A DNA stretch of 64,000 nucleotides from Methanotrichaceae archaeon (GTDB taxonomy: Archaea > Halobacteriota > Methanosarcinia > Methanotrichales > Methanotrichaceae): contig CAVVKN010000007.1 of NCBI GenBank assembly GCA_963748825.1, positions 26,232 through 90,231 of the forward strand. Reading direction: 5' to 3'. The translations under genes and the position numbers were made by a program. Below the pieces are notes generated by a model that did no database searches, was not told the DNA's origin, and saw nothing but the letters and a program-made list of their open reading frames with translations. How positions within the stretch are numbered: the stretch's first letter is position 1; each line of letters begins with the position of its first letter. This document shows, one piece after another, positions 40,645 through 51,243 of the stretch.

Positions 40645-43248
40645 ATGGCAATGATAGCCAGGGTCTCCGATTATTTAAGAAGCCTGATGAAAAAGCAGGT
40701 CGATGATCACGGCATCGTGGTCTGGTACGATCCCGAAGGCCATTACAGGGAGTTCGTAAAGTCCCTGGACCTGCCCGGCACTCCCCTGGAGAAATACGAT
40801 GGCAGCTTCTTCGCCCTGCGCCACCGAATCGACCCCTTCCTTTCTCGCTGCGATCCACCCCGGCTGATCGTCTACGTTCCTCTGGATCGCTCTCTAACTC
40901 ACAACGCTCTCGTCGAGGCCGAGGCCGCCGGCGTGGTCATTTTTCCGGGAGCCCAGCCCCGCCCTCGCAACACCCGGCTCTCGGTCGTCGCCAAGGCCGC
41001 GCTGCGGGGAAAAATGGGCGACCAGGATCTGACCCAGATTGAAAAGCAAGTAGAGGCGGGAAAGCTCAGCCTGGCCGACCTCGACAGGATGGCTGATGGC
41101 GGCCCGGGCAGCTCCCGAGGGCTCCTCTCCCTGATCTTCGGCACCAGCAGCTCGCATGATGTGGCGCTGAGATTCTTATCCAGCGAGCAATATGATGAAG
41201 AGCTCCTAAAGAAGGATGCATTGTCCGAGCTGGCGGCGCTTCTCCAATCGGAGTATGAGCTGGCGACGCAGGCGACCCAAGGGACGCAGGAGGGCGAAAA
41301 TGCAAAGGATCTCAGAGGACGATTGGCCAGGCATATCCTGATCACTGATTTCCTCAATGCCCTGCAGGGAATCACTCCACAGCAGCTCTCTTCTCTGAAG
41401 ATCGCAACTGATCCGGCTGCATGCAAAGCCTGCATCGGCCTGGCTAAAGCCTGGCGACTGAGAAGAGACCTGAGAGATAGTTACGTAGCTGCCTCAAACC
41501 AGGTCTTTGCAGATCTCAGTCTCTCCAATATACCGCTCAACATGGATCAGATCATAAACGTCGAGACCTTTCTTGAGACTGAGCAGGCTTTGCAGAGCAT
41601 GGTCGAAGACGCCCTGGCCAAAGAGACCAGAGCAGACCTGGTGGAAATGGCGCAGCAGCATCAATCAGGCTTCTGGTCGGAGCAGCCAATGGTCCAGGCC
41701 CGCTGGAGCTCGATCACTGTGGCCGGCCAGGTTCTCCTGGAGGCCGATAGGGTGGAAAAGGAGCTTCGCTCCTGCCAGGAGAGCGCCAAATCTATTTTTG
41801 ACGCTTATGTCTCTGGACAGCGCCCCTGGCTCCTCCTGGATTCCTCCTACCGCAACATGGAGAAGAGGTTTAACAATCTCGATCTGGAGATAGGAGACGA
41901 CCTGGAACACCTCATCATAAGAGCCCGGCAGAGATACATGGATGCAACCTCAAAGCTGCTGGAGTGCTTCCTGCGTTCTTTTCAGCAAGAAGGCTTCCAA
42001 ATCCCAGGAGCCCTCCGCCAGGCGGAAATATTTGAAAGCCAGGTCAAACCGGCTCTGGCCGAGGGCAAGACCGCCTATATCTGGGCCGATGCCTTGAGGT
42101 TCGAGATGGCCAGGGAATTGCTCCAGTCTCTGAATGCGGAATTCCAGGGGGAGCTGAAAACCTGCATAGCGTCTGCACCAACCATCACTGAAATTGGCAT
42201 GGCTTCCTTGCTTCCGGGAGCCTCTGCAAGCCTTGTGATAAAAGCGTCTGAGGGAAAGCTTGCTCTGCAGATCGACGGGACGATCATCCGGGATCGAGCA
42301 GATCGGGTAGATTCCTCAAAGATAAGAACAGGAGCAAAGTTCTTTGAGGGAGACCTGGATAGCCTGCTTCCAAGGCCTGCAAGGGCCATATCCAAGGCCA
42401 TTATGGATGCAGATCTAATTCTTATTACCTCTCAAGAGATCGACAACCTCTGCGAGAGTGACAATATCTCATTTGCCCGAACCTTCATGAACGAGCTTCT
42501 CTCCCGCCTGCAAAAAGCCATCCGCAACCTCTCCCGACTGGGCGTGAAGAAGATAATAGTAACTGCTGACCATGGCTATCTTTTTGGCGAAGAATTGGGC
42601 GTGGATATGAGCATCGATCCTCCGGGAGGAGACACTGCAGACCTGCACCGAAGGGTTTGGATTGGCCGGGGCGGATCATCAGGCCCGGCATACCTTCGCG
42701 CCAGAATGTCCGATCTGGGACAGGGCGGAGATCTGGAGATGGCAACTCCCTGGGGCCTGGCATGTTTCAGGGCCAAGAGCAAATCCAAGGCATATTTCCA
42801 CGGCGGTCTCTCTCCTCAAGAGCTGATCATTCCTGTTCTTACTCTGACACCTATTGCAGCGGAAAAGAAATCGGGAGAAGATATCGTCTGGTCTATGGAC
42901 TACGGCGGAAGGAAATTGACCACTAGGTATTTCTCAGTGAATATATCCGCCAAGGCAGGCCATAGCCTATCCAGCATCAAGCCTCACCGAATCAGGCTGG
43001 AGCTTAGGGAACAAAGTGCCTGCATATCCAAGGCCATTTCGGCTTCTTACGGTTTCGAAGATGCCACGGGAGAGATACAAATGAAGAATGCGGAAAAGGA
43101 GCCCTGGACAATGGAACCGAACACCATAACCTTGCAGATCACTAAAGACCCCTCTGAAAAGAAGGTAAGCCTTCATCTACAGGGCGCACTTACTGATATA
43201 GAATTAGCGCCACCAAAGACGATCGACGTATCAATGCTAAAATACTGA
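40645..43248 (+). CDS. pglZ: BREX alkaline-phosphatase-family protein PglZ (BrxZ)
   Basis: IVVWYDP, ADALRFE, PTITEIGMASLLPG, TADHG, FHGGLSPQE. Confidence 0.9.
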   Translation: MAMIARVSDYLRSLMKKQVDDHGIVVWYDPEGHYREFVKSLDLPGTPLEKYDGSFFALRHRIDPFLSRCDPPRLIVYVPLDRSLTHNALVEAEAAGVVIFPGAQPRPRNTRLSVVAKAALRGKMGDQDLTQIEKQVEAGKLSLADLDRMADGGPGSSRGLLSLIFGTSSSHDVALRFLSSEQYDEELLKKDALSELAALLQSEYELATQATQGTQEGENAKDLRGRLARHILITDFLNALQGITPQQLSSLKIATDPAACKACIGLAKAWRLRRDLRDSYVAASNQVFADLSLSNIPLNMDQIINVETFLETEQALQSMVEDALAKETRADLVEMAQQHQSGFWSEQPMVQARWSSITVAGQVLLEADRVEKELRSCQESAKSIFDAYVSGQRPWLLLDSSYRNMEKRFNNLDLEIGDDLEHLIIRARQRYMDATSKLLECFLRSFQQEGFQIPGALRQAEIFESQVKPALAEGKTAYIWADALRFEMARELLQSLNAEFQGELKTCIASAPTITEIGMASLLPGASASLVIKASEGKLALQIDGTIIRDRADRVDSSKIRTGAKFFEGDLDSLLPRPARAISKAIMDADLILITSQEIDNLCESDNISFARTFMNELLSRLQKAIRNLSRLGVKKIIVTADHGYLFGEELGVDMSIDPPGGDTADLHRRVWIGRGGSSGPAYLRARMSDLGQGGDLEMATPWGLACFRAKSKSKAYFHGGLSPQELIIPVLTLTPIAAEKKSGEDIVWSMDYGGRKLTTRYFSVNISAKAGHSLSSIKPHRIRLELREQSACISKAISASYGFEDATGEIQMKNAEKEPWTMEPNTITLQITKDPSEKKVSLHLQGALTDIELAPPKTIDVSMLKY

Positions 43249-43285
43249 AATTGAAGTTCTCAAGTCATATATCAAGGAGACAATC

Positions 43286-45313
43286 ATGCCCAAGCTCGAT
43301 CAAAAGGTCACTTCCGTCTTCGCAGGGAGAGTGGTTCGTAAAGACTTAGTCAGGAAAGTAAAGGTCGGAGCCAACGTCCCTGTCTTTGTATTAGAGTATC
43401 TCCTGGGCAAATACTGCGCTACCGATGATCAGGCAACGATCGAGGCAGGACTCAAGGTGGTCAATTCTACCCTTGCAGACAACTTTGTCCGTCCCGACGA
43501 GGCCAACAAAGCCCAGTCCTTTGTGAAAGAGAAAGGCAAGCATACCATAATCGACAAAGTCAAAGTCCGATACTTATCTGAAGACGATAAGTATTGGGCA
43601 GAGTTCGTGAACTTCGGCCATAAGTACGTCCATATCCCTGAGCTCTATGTCCAGAAGTACGACAGAATCCTCATGGGCGGCATTTGGGCTCAAGTGGACC
43701 TGATCCACAGGTTTGACGAAGAAGCAAGAGGTAAGCGCAGTCCTTTCTGGATAGAGGATCTCAAGCCCATCCAGCTAGCCAGCTTCGATCTTCCCGAATA
43801 TCTCGAATCTCGCCGCCAGTTCACCAGTGACGAATGGATAGACCTATTGATCAGAAGCATTGGCATGGAGCCTTCTCACTTCGACAGAAGGCTCAAGCTT
43901 CTTTTCCTGATCAGGCTGGTTCCCCTGTGTGAGCAAAATTACAATCTCATAGAACTGGGACCCCGTGGAACCGGTAAGTCTTACGCCTATCAGGAGTTCA
44001 CACCCTACGCCATACTTCTCACCGGCCCAACGACCGTGGCCAACCTATTCTATAACATCGGAACTGGCAAAATGGGCCTAGTGGGCCTATGGGACGCAGT
44101 GGCCTTCGATGAGGTAGCAGACCTGCAAAAGATGCCTAAAGAAGTCATAACCACCCTTAAGACTTACTGCGAGTCGGGCACCTTCGCCCGAGGTAAAGAC
44201 GCTCTATCCGGAACGGCATCAATTGTCATGTTTGGCAACACTAACCAGCCAGTCGAGATCATGGTCCGGTCCTCTCACCTCTTCGCGCCCATGCCTGAGG
44301 TGATCCGGGAGGATATGGCCTTTTTCGATCGCATTCATTTCTACTTGCCAGGATGGGAAGTGCCCAAAATGCAGGTGGATTTCTTCACGGACCATTATGG
44401 TTTCGTGGTAGACTACCTGGCCGAGGCCTTGAGGGAGCTACGCCGTCATAATTTTGTGGATAAGGTTGATCATTACTTCTCCTTCGGCTCCCACCTCAAT
44501 GCCCGTGATGTCAAAGCTGTGCGAAAGACCGTATCCGGCCTCATCAAGCTCATCTATCCTCATGGGGAGATCACGAGGGAGGAGATGGCCGAATTATTGG
44601 AGCTGGCCATAGAAGGAAGACGCCGCGTCAAGGAACAGCTCAAGAAGATGGGTTCCTTCGAATACCATCAGACTTCATTCTCATACATCGACAATGAGAC
44701 CCGAGAGGAGCGCTACGTAGGCGTTCCGGAAGAGGGAGGAAGGGACCTAATCTCGCAAGATCCTCTCGCGCCGGGCTCGATATATGCGGCATCAGTTGAC
44801 GACCAGGGCAAGGCAGGCTTATTCCGCCTGGAAGTTGGATCTGCTCCCGGAACAGGCAAGTTGAAGATGGCTGGTGGAATCGATAGCACCACGAAGGAGT
44901 CGATACAGCGAGCTTTCGCTTATCTTAACGGCCATAAAGTGAGCATGGGAATTGCGCAAACTTTTGAAACTACGGACTTCCATGTTGAGGCCATCAATCT
45001 TATGAATAATCATATATCTTGCGATGCAGGCGTGGGATTGGTTGTAGCCATTTACTCAGTCCTTATGAAACAACCTGTACTCCCTGGACTAATGGTCTTG
45101 GGCGATCTCAGCATTCAGGGCAATATTAAAGCAGTACGCTCTCTTGCTGAACCTTTGCAGGCAGGGATGGATAATGGCGCCAGATGTGCTCTAATCCCCA
45201 TAGAGAATAAAAGGCACTTTCTCGATGTCTCTGCGGATATTGTGGAGCGTGTTGATCCCGTTTTTTACAGTGACCCATTTACAGCCGCAAGGAAAGCGCT
45301 GGGACTGAAATAA
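43286..45313 (+). CDS. brxL: BREX Lon-like ATPase BrxL
   Basis: VVRKDL, VPVFVLEYLLG, ELGPRGTGKS, VAFDEV, Lon-like C-terminal domain. Confidence 0.92.
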   Translation: MPKLDQKVTSVFAGRVVRKDLVRKVKVGANVPVFVLEYLLGKYCATDDQATIEAGLKVVNSTLADNFVRPDEANKAQSFVKEKGKHTIIDKVKVRYLSEDDKYWAEFVNFGHKYVHIPELYVQKYDRILMGGIWAQVDLIHRFDEEARGKRSPFWIEDLKPIQLASFDLPEYLESRRQFTSDEWIDLLIRSIGMEPSHFDRRLKLLFLIRLVPLCEQNYNLIELGPRGTGKSYAYQEFTPYAILLTGPTTVANLFYNIGTGKMGLVGLWDAVAFDEVADLQKMPKEVITTLKTYCESGTFARGKDALSGTASIVMFGNTNQPVEIMVRSSHLFAPMPEVIREDMAFFDRIHFYLPGWEVPKMQVDFFTDHYGFVVDYLAEALRELRRHNFVDKVDHYFSFGSHLNARDVKAVRKTVSGLIKLIYPHGEITREEMAELLELAIEGRRRVKEQLKKMGSFEYHQTSFSYIDNETREERYVGVPEEGGRDLISQDPLAPGSIYAASVDDQGKAGLFRLEVGSAPGTGKLKMAGGIDSTTKESIQRAFAYLNGHKVSMGIAQTFETTDFHVEAINLMNNHISCDAGVGLVVAIYSVLMKQPVLPGLMVLGDLSIQGNIKAVRSLAEPLQAGMDNGARCALIPIENKRHFLDVSADIVERVDPVFYSDPFTAARKALGLK

Positions 45314-45558
45314 AGGAAAGGGAACGTTTGCAGGGATGCCAGTCGTCTGGCCCACTACACCTCGGATTTCCTGATCATGCCGGAAGATGTCAAGAAACGG
45401 AAACGCTTCTTCGAGCCTGATCTCGCCGTCCTTCATCCCCGCGACCAGAAGGATGCTGCGCTCCCCATCATGACCTGTGCGGAGAGTTCTCATTCCGAAG
45501 AGCCAAGTTCTTAAGCTAAGAGAGACAAAAGAGGCACTCCAAAATTCGTATCGCTCGG

Positions 45559-45574
45559 AAAAAGCATTTATACT
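45559..45574 (+). promoter_or_regulatory. Probable BRE/TATA promoter of the rps19e operon
   Basis: AAAAAGCATTTATA about 55 nt upstream of the rps19e start. Confidence 0.45.
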
Positions 45575-45628
45575 TGTTTCTGCGTAAGGGTTCTGGTTTG
45601 TTCCTTATCATTTGGAGGATTGAAGGAT

Positions 45629-46093
45629 TTGACAACTGTTTACGACGTACCTCCCCATGACTTAATAGCTGCCGTGGCCCAGGAGCTAAAGGCGGCGGGC
45701 AAGGTTCAGCCCCCGGAATGGGCTGAGTTTGCCAAGACTGGGGTAAATAGGGAGATGCCGCCCACAAACCCCGATTGGTGGTTTGTGCGGTGCGCATCAG
45801 TATTGCGCAGGATATATATCGACGGCCCGGTGGGCGTTTCCCGCCTTAGAAGCTTCTACGGCGGAAAACACCGCAAGGGTGTAGCTACAGGATTCTTCTG
45901 CAAAGGCAGCGGCTCAGTAGCTAGAGAGTCCCTGCAGCAGCTGGAGAAGGCCGGCTACGTGAAGAAACTAAAGAAAGGACGCCAAATGACCCCGGCGGGT
46001 CAGGCATACCTTGATGGAGTAGCCCATAAGATAAGAAGCCAGATGCAAGGCTCCGCTGCACCTGCAGCAGAACCTGCTGCGGATTCGGCATAA
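45629..46093 (+). CDS. rps19e: 30S ribosomal protein S19e
   Basis: [32 protein letters not shown]. Confidence 0.95.
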   Translation: MTTVYDVPPHDLIAAVAQELKAAGKVQPPEWAEFAKTGVNREMPPTNPDWWFVRCASVLRRIYIDGPVGVSRLRSFYGGKHRKGVATGFFCKGSGSVARESLQQLEKAGYVKKLKKGRQMTPAGQAYLDGVAHKIRSQMQGSAAPAAEPAADSA

Positions 46094-46116
46094 AGCTTAA
46101 GCGAGGACTGAAAAGT

Positions 46117-46458
46117 ATGGCTGATGATGAGCTTGCAGATTTAAGACGAAAGAGGATGGACCAGATCCAAAAACAGCAGATGGATTCGCAGATGGCTGCG
46201 GCTCAGCAAGAGCAGGTCCAGCAGGAGATGGAGGCCAAAAAGGCATCCTTGATGAGGACCATCCTCACCCCGGAAGCACGGGAACGGCTCAATGCGATAC
46301 GCATGACCAAGCCTGAGTTCGTCACTCAGATTGAAGGCCAGCTCATTATGCTTGCTCAAAGCGGCAGGCTGAGGGGCGCAATCACAGACGAGCAACTCAA
46401 GGCGATCCTCAAGCAGGCCCAGCCCACGAAGAGAGACATCACCATAACCAGGAGATAA
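46117..46458 (+). CDS. DNA-binding protein (PDCD5-like)
   Basis: [10 protein letters not shown]...KPE; conserved position after rps19e. Confidence 0.9.
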   Translation: MADDELADLRRKRMDQIQKQQMDSQMAAAQQEQVQQEMEAKKASLMRTILTPEARERLNAIRMTKPEFVTQIEGQLIMLAQSGRLRGAITDEQLKAILKQAQPTKRDITITRR

Positions 46459-46483
46459 AGCGGCTGTAAGCTGTAGGCAGTTC

Positions 46484-47140
46484 ATGAAGGTTGCAGTCTT
46501 ATTTTCCGGCGGAAAAGATAGCAGCCTGGCGGCTCTTCTTCTCGAACCGTTCTTTGACGAGATAGAGCTTGTCACCTTCAGCTTCGGCCATGATGATACC
46601 TGGACGAAAGCGGCTGATGCCGCACGAGAGCTTGACCATCCCCATAGGAGGATGGTCTTTGAAGATAGCGTCCTGGAGCGGGCCCTGGAGATACTGCTTT
46701 GCACGGGCTATCCCAATGATGCTCTCAATTATGTTCATCCTATTGCAGTAGAAACATTAGCGAAAGAGTGCGAATTTGTGGCGGACGGGACGAGGCGGGA
46801 TGATCGCGCACCCAAAATGGGCTTCAGCGCTATCCGAAGCCTGGAAGACCGGTTGCATATGCAATACTTAAGACCCCTGGCGGGCCTGGGTCAAAAGACC
46901 ATCCGGGCCATGGCCTCGCGCTATTTGGACTTCGAGGAAGAGCTATCCGAGAGGTATCCCGCCTCAGACTTCGAGGTGGGCCTGAGATATGCGCTAAAAG
47001 AGAGGTGCGGCCAGGCTAAGGTCGATGAGATCTTCCCCTCTAATCATACGCACACCAGAGTTATTCGGAGGAAGAGATTTGTCCAAGAAATTAAAGGGCA
47101 AGAAGATCAGGCTTGCCAAGGCGTTCAATCAGAATCGTAG
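46484..47140 (+). CDS. PP-loop ATPase (adenine nucleotide alpha hydrolase family)
   Basis: [16 protein letters not shown]; conserved operon position. Confidence 0.8.
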   Translation: MKVAVLFSGGKDSSLAALLLEPFFDEIELVTFSFGHDDTWTKAADAARELDHPHRRMVFEDSVLERALEILLCTGYPNDALNYVHPIAVETLAKECEFVADGTRRDDRAPKMGFSAIRSLEDRLHMQYLRPLAGLGQKTIRAMASRYLDFEEELSERYPASDFEVGLRYALKERCGQAKVDEIFPSNHTHTRVIRRKRFVQEIKGQEDQACQGVQSES

Positions 47141-47231
47141 GGTGCCCTCCTGGGTCATTGTCAAGACCATGAGGAAGGTAGTCACTCATCCCAAGAGACG
47201 ACATTGGAGAAGAAGCAGCTTAGAGAGATAG
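47079..47231 (+). CDS. rpl39e: 50S ribosomal protein L39e
   Basis: [19 protein letters not shown]...RRHWRR; TTG start. Confidence 0.93.
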   Translation: MSKKLKGKKIRLAKAFNQNRRVPSWVIVKTMRKVVTHPKRRHWRRSSLER

Positions 47232-47233
47232 AC

Positions 47234-47500
47234 ATGGCGGACACAGAAAGAGTTTACACCATACCCCTGGGTATAGTCAAGTGCGCTCCTATTTACAGAA
47301 GGTCCAACCGGGCCATAACAGAGATTAGAACCTATCTCGCCCGGCATATGAAGGTGGCAAAGAATAATATAAAGATCGACCCCGGCCTGAGCGAAGTCAT
47401 CTGGGCCAGAGGCGATATGAAGCCTCCCCGGCGCGTAAGGGTACGCGCAGTCAAGTTCGAAGACGGCGGGGTTGAGGCGGAGTTTGCTGGTGACAGATAA
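47234..47500 (+). CDS. rpl31e: 50S ribosomal protein L31e
   Basis: ERVYTIPL...IWARG..KPP. Confidence 0.93.
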   Translation: MADTERVYTIPLGIVKCAPIYRRSNRAITEIRTYLARHMKVAKNNIKIDPGLSEVIWARGDMKPPRRVRVRAVKFEDGGVEAEFAGDR

Positions 47501-48155
47501 ACGATTGAAGATAGCAGGAAGCAGCCTTCTCGGTGTATTTGCCAAATGCACGGATAAGGTTCTACTCGTGCCGCAGGAAGTGGGCGAAGCTGATAGGCAA
47601 GTTCTAGAGGCCGGGCTGAAAGTGCCGGCCGTAAAGGTACTGGCCGGTGTAGGCTCTGTCTTGGGATCCCTGGTCGCGGCCAATAGCAATGGCTTCATGG
47701 TAACCCATCATGCCGGCAGCGAAGAGCTCGAGATTCTTCGCGAACACGGCCGGGTCGCAAGACTGCCCGCCAGGATCAACGCTGCGGGCAATGTGATTTT
47801 GGTCAACGACAGCGCTGCCCTGGTCCATCCGGAGCTGTCTAGCAGGGCCTGCGAAACGATAGAGCAGACTTTGGGCGTGAAGGTAGAGAAAGGCACTATC
47901 GGTGGCCTGAAGACCGTGGGAATGGCGGGAGTGGCAACCAATCGAGGTCTCCTCGTGCACCCGCGTATCTCCGAAGAGGAGATAGCCGTCTTAGAGGGGC
48001 TCTTCGGCCTGCCTGTAGACGTGGGCACAGTGAACCTCGGCTCGCCGCTAGTGGGCTCAGGAGTGCTGGCCAACAGCCATGGTTACTTCGCAGGAATTGG
48101 GACTTCTGGCCCGGAGCTGGGGCGCATCGAAGACGCACTAGGTTTCCTGGTTTAA
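47490..48155 (+). CDS. eif6: Translation initiation factor 6 (aIF6)
   Basis: GNVILVND, GTVNLGSPLVGSG, ELGRIEDALG. Confidence 0.92.
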   Translation: MTDKRLKIAGSSLLGVFAKCTDKVLLVPQEVGEADRQVLEAGLKVPAVKVLAGVGSVLGSLVAANSNGFMVTHHAGSEELEILREHGRVARLPARINAAGNVILVNDSAALVHPELSSRACETIEQTLGVKVEKGTIGGLKTVGMAGVATNRGLLVHPRISEEEIAVLEGLFGLPVDVGTVNLGSPLVGSGVLANSHGYFAGIGTSGPELGRIEDALGFLV

Positions 48156-48193
48156 TGATTCCAGTAATTGTTGAATAAAGTAGGGGTGGAATA

Positions 48194-48382
48194 GTGAGCA
48201 ATTTCGAGATCAAAGGAAAGTACAAGGCAGGATTTGTCAGCAAGACCTGGCTAACCTTCAGCAAGGTTGTAGCGAGCCAGAACGAAAAGAATGCTGTGAA
48301 TAAAGTCTATTCCCTCATGGGAAGCGAACACGGCCTGAAGAGAGAGCTCATCAAGATAGACGAGGTGAAGGCTGTTGAGTAG
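48194..48382 (+). CDS. rpl18a: 50S ribosomal protein L18Ae (LX)
   Basis: YSLMGSEHGLKR motif. Confidence 0.88.
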   Translation: MSNFEIKGKYKAGFVSKTWLTFSKVVASQNEKNAVNKVYSLMGSEHGLKRELIKIDEVKAVE

Positions 48383-48839
48383 CGCTCCTGGAGGCGAGGA
48401 GGAAGTCAGAAGGCTCCTGGCCACATATCAGCAATATCAGGCCCAGGCGGACGGCATCATGCACCAGCTCAGTCTGACACAGATGACGGCTGAGGGCCTG
48501 GAGAGGGCACTGCTTGCCGTAGAGGCCCTGGACACAGCACAAGTCGGACAGGAGATCCTCGTTCCCATCGGATCTGGATCATTCATCCACGGAAATCTCG
48601 CCTCTAAGGAGAAAGTAGTCTTGAATGTGGGTGCGGGCGTCAGCATTGAGAAGACCGCAGCCGAGGCCAAGGATATTCTGAAGGTTCGCAAGGCAGAAGT
48701 TCTTGAGGGATCTAAGAAGCTCAATGAAGTTCTTGCCAAGATCGATCAGGAGATGCAGAAGATCCAGGCCATAATGCAACAATTTGAAGAGGGCGCTCAG
48801 CAGCATCAGCACGGCACGGGGAGCGAAGGGGTTGTTTAG
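48375..48839 (+). CDS. pfdA: Prefoldin alpha subunit
   Basis: EILVPIGSG...VGAGVSIEK within coiled coils. Confidence 0.9.
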   Translation: MSSAPGGEEEVRRLLATYQQYQAQADGIMHQLSLTQMTAEGLERALLAVEALDTAQVGQEILVPIGSGSFIHGNLASKEKVVLNVGAGVSIEKTAAEAKDILKVRKAEVLEGSKKLNEVLAKIDQEMQKIQAIMQQFEEGAQQHQHGTGSEGVV

Positions 48840-50001
48840 TCGCTTCAAGGAGAAGCTCTCCGGCTTCAAAGAGGCTCTGTCCTCCAAAATAGCCGAAAAG
48901 GTCTCCCTAGCCGAGAAGATAGCCGGAAAGAAAGATGACAAGGAGATAGGCAGCGAGGCCAAAGCACTCCCAGCAGCAGACAAAAATGCTGCCCAGGAGA
49001 AAACTTCTGCGTCCAGTGCAACTCTCCCCAGTTCTTCCCCCGCAAAGCCTCCTCTGTTTCCAGAAAAGGCCGTTGACAACAACAATAATAAGCCCAAGAG
49101 CCGATTCTCCTTCCTGGAAAAGGCCAAGAGCCTGATATTTGAGCAGGAAGTAATCCTGGAAGAAAAGGATCTGATAGAGCCCATGTGGGCCCTGGAGATG
49201 GCGCTCATGGAAAGCGACGTGGCCCTGCCCGTCGCGGAAGAGATTATCAGAGAGGTTAAGAGCGATCTGGTGGGAAAGAAGAGGAAGATCGGCGCGGACA
49301 CAGGCGCCATCGCCGAGCAGTCCCTGCGAAATGCTCTTTTAACGATTCTTTCCAGGAATTATCTGGACTTTGACGAGTATATCAAGACCAAAGAAAAGCC
49401 TATCAAGATTCTTTTCGTAGGTGTGAACGGCACGGGAAAGACAACCAGCATCGCCAAGGTGGCCAGATACCTGATGAACCAGAGCTACTCTGTGGTTTTA
49501 GCCGCAGGCGATACCTTCCGGGCCGGTGCCATTGAGCAGCTGGAAGTACACGGCAACAGCCTGGGCCTTAAAGTCGTCAAGCACAAGACGGGCGGCGATC
49601 CGGCGGCTGTGATCTTTGACGCCATCGAGTATGCCAAGGCACACAATAAGGACGTCGTGCTGGCGGATACGGCGGGAAGACTACATACCAACATCAATCT
49701 CATGGATCAGATGAGAAAGATCGTGCGCGTGACTAAGCCCGATCTGCTCATCTTCGTAGATGAAGCAATAGCCGGCAATGATGCTGTGGAGCGGGCGCGC
49801 CTCTTCAATGAGTCGGTGCCCATCGACGGCTCAATTCTTACAAAGACGGATGCCGACGCCAAGGGCGGATCTGCGATCTCCATTGCCTACATCACCGGCA
49901 AGCCCGTGCTCTTTCTGGGCGTGGGCCAGACCTATCCCGACCTGGTGAAGTTCGAGCCAGGATGGCTGGTGGATAGACTGATGGGAGAGGCAGAAGCATA
50001 A
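48832..50001 (+). CDS. ftsY: Signal recognition particle receptor FtsY
   Basis: GVNGTGKTT, DTFRAGA, DTAGR, TKTD, GVGQ. Confidence 0.95.
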   Translation: MFSRFKEKLSGFKEALSSKIAEKVSLAEKIAGKKDDKEIGSEAKALPAADKNAAQEKTSASSATLPSSSPAKPPLFPEKAVDNNNNKPKSRFSFLEKAKSLIFEQEVILEEKDLIEPMWALEMALMESDVALPVAEEIIREVKSDLVGKKRKIGADTGAIAEQSLRNALLTILSRNYLDFDEYIKTKEKPIKILFVGVNGTGKTTSIAKVARYLMNQSYSVVLAAGDTFRAGAIEQLEVHGNSLGLKVVKHKTGGDPAAVIFDAIEYAKAHNKDVVLADTAGRLHTNINLMDQMRKIVRVTKPDLLIFVDEAIAGNDAVERARLFNESVPIDGSILTKTDADAKGGSAISIAYITGKPVLFLGVGQTYPDLVKFEPGWLVDRLMGEAEA

Positions 50002-50043
50002 ACTTCTTTTTGCGCTATCTTTATTTTAAGACGAATATTCGTC

Positions 50044-51219
50044 TCAAATCATAAGAAATCTTCCGGGTGCCAGGCTGGTTGCCAGCATGACCATGTTGAT
50101 CTCACGGTGCTCTATCCAGGTGCTGGCTTGCCTGTTCTTGCCATCTATCCAGAAATTCTCTATCGTTTCTCTAAGCGGCATATACCCCATGAGATCTTCA
50201 ATCCTACGATGCAGGGGACTATTCCGTGGCAATAAGCCTGGATTCTCCTCGACCACCTTTCTTAGATTATTCACTGCAGAGAGCCCGATGGACAGTCCCA
50301 GTTCGCGGAAGGCCAGACGGTACTCTGCAGGATACTCCAGCGTCTCGCCCTTGGCAAAGGACCTCATCCCCAGCAGAGCTGACTCTACAACGGTCTCGAG
50401 CAGGCCCGCATCCATTAAAGAGCCCATTACCATCAGTTGTGCAATTCTTGAGGCATCGAAGAGAAGACCGCCGATGCCGAGCGGATCTGTTGTGACCAGG
50501 CTCATGCCCCGGCAGATTTCGGCCATATCGGCAATCTCATGATCGAGGCACGACAGCGATGATTCTTTGAATAATCCTTTCGCCGCTGCCTGAAGCTCGC
50601 AGTAAGTGACAAGGCCATCGAGAGGATCGTGCTGGCCCATAGATGAAACCAGGGGATAAGTGAGGTCGATGCTCATCTTCCAGTACATCCTCTTTTGGCC
50701 ACCCGTTTGTGGAGAATATGTGAACCTGGCATGCGCTGCTTGAGCAAGTTCAATGGCCCAGCGGATATAGGTCGGATTTGCGGTGACCTGGCCTATGCAG
50801 CTCAGCGCATGCATCCACTTCGTCAAGTAATGGTAGTACTGCCCGTCCTGCTCCCATTCCAGACGCTCATTGGGCAGCTCGTGGGGCCTGCGTTCCCTAA
50901 GCTGCTTTCCGATGCGTAGCCCGCCTGCGGTCGGATGCCGCTCACCCTCCGGGCTATCAAGGCCGCTGATCCAGCCGCGCCTGGAATCGTCGTCACGGTG
51001 CCGGCCAAGGGTGTGATGCACCTGATCGACCAGAGATAAGCCCAGATCTCTATAGGTTTCATCATCAGTCCGGCCGAAGAGCTCAAAGTAATTACAGACA
51101 GCGAAGGCATCCGTCCATAGATAGCGTAGGGGATAGGCATTGGCCGGTGCAAGCCCCGTCAGACGAGCGTAATCCTGCATGATTTCCAAAACCAGCGCAT
51201 TGGTCGCATTTCGGCTCAT
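50044..51219 (-). CDS. Conserved hypothetical protein (YLWTDAF motif)
   Basis: RYLWTDAF, DGQYYHYLTKWMHAL, KMSIDL, GQHDPLDG; long clean ORF. Confidence 0.65.
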   Translation of the reverse strand: MSRNATNALVLEIMQDYARLTGLAPANAYPLRYLWTDAFAVCNYFELFGRTDDETYRDLGLSLVDQVHHTLGRHRDDDSRRGWISGLDSPEGERHPTAGGLRIGKQLRERRPHELPNERLEWEQDGQYYHYLTKWMHALSCIGQVTANPTYIRWAIELAQAAHARFTYSPQTGGQKRMYWKMSIDLTYPLVSSMGQHDPLDGLVTYCELQAAAKGLFKESSLSCLDHEIADMAEICRGMSLVTTDPLGIGGLLFDASRIAQLMVMGSLMDAGLLETVVESALLGMRSFAKGETLEYPAEYRLAFRELGLSIGLSAVNNLRKVVEENPGLLPRNSPLHRRIEDLMGYMPLRETIENFWIDGKNRQASTWIEHREINMVMLATSLAPGRFLMI

Positions 51220-51243
51220 TCTTATTCCCTTGGCGATGTATTG

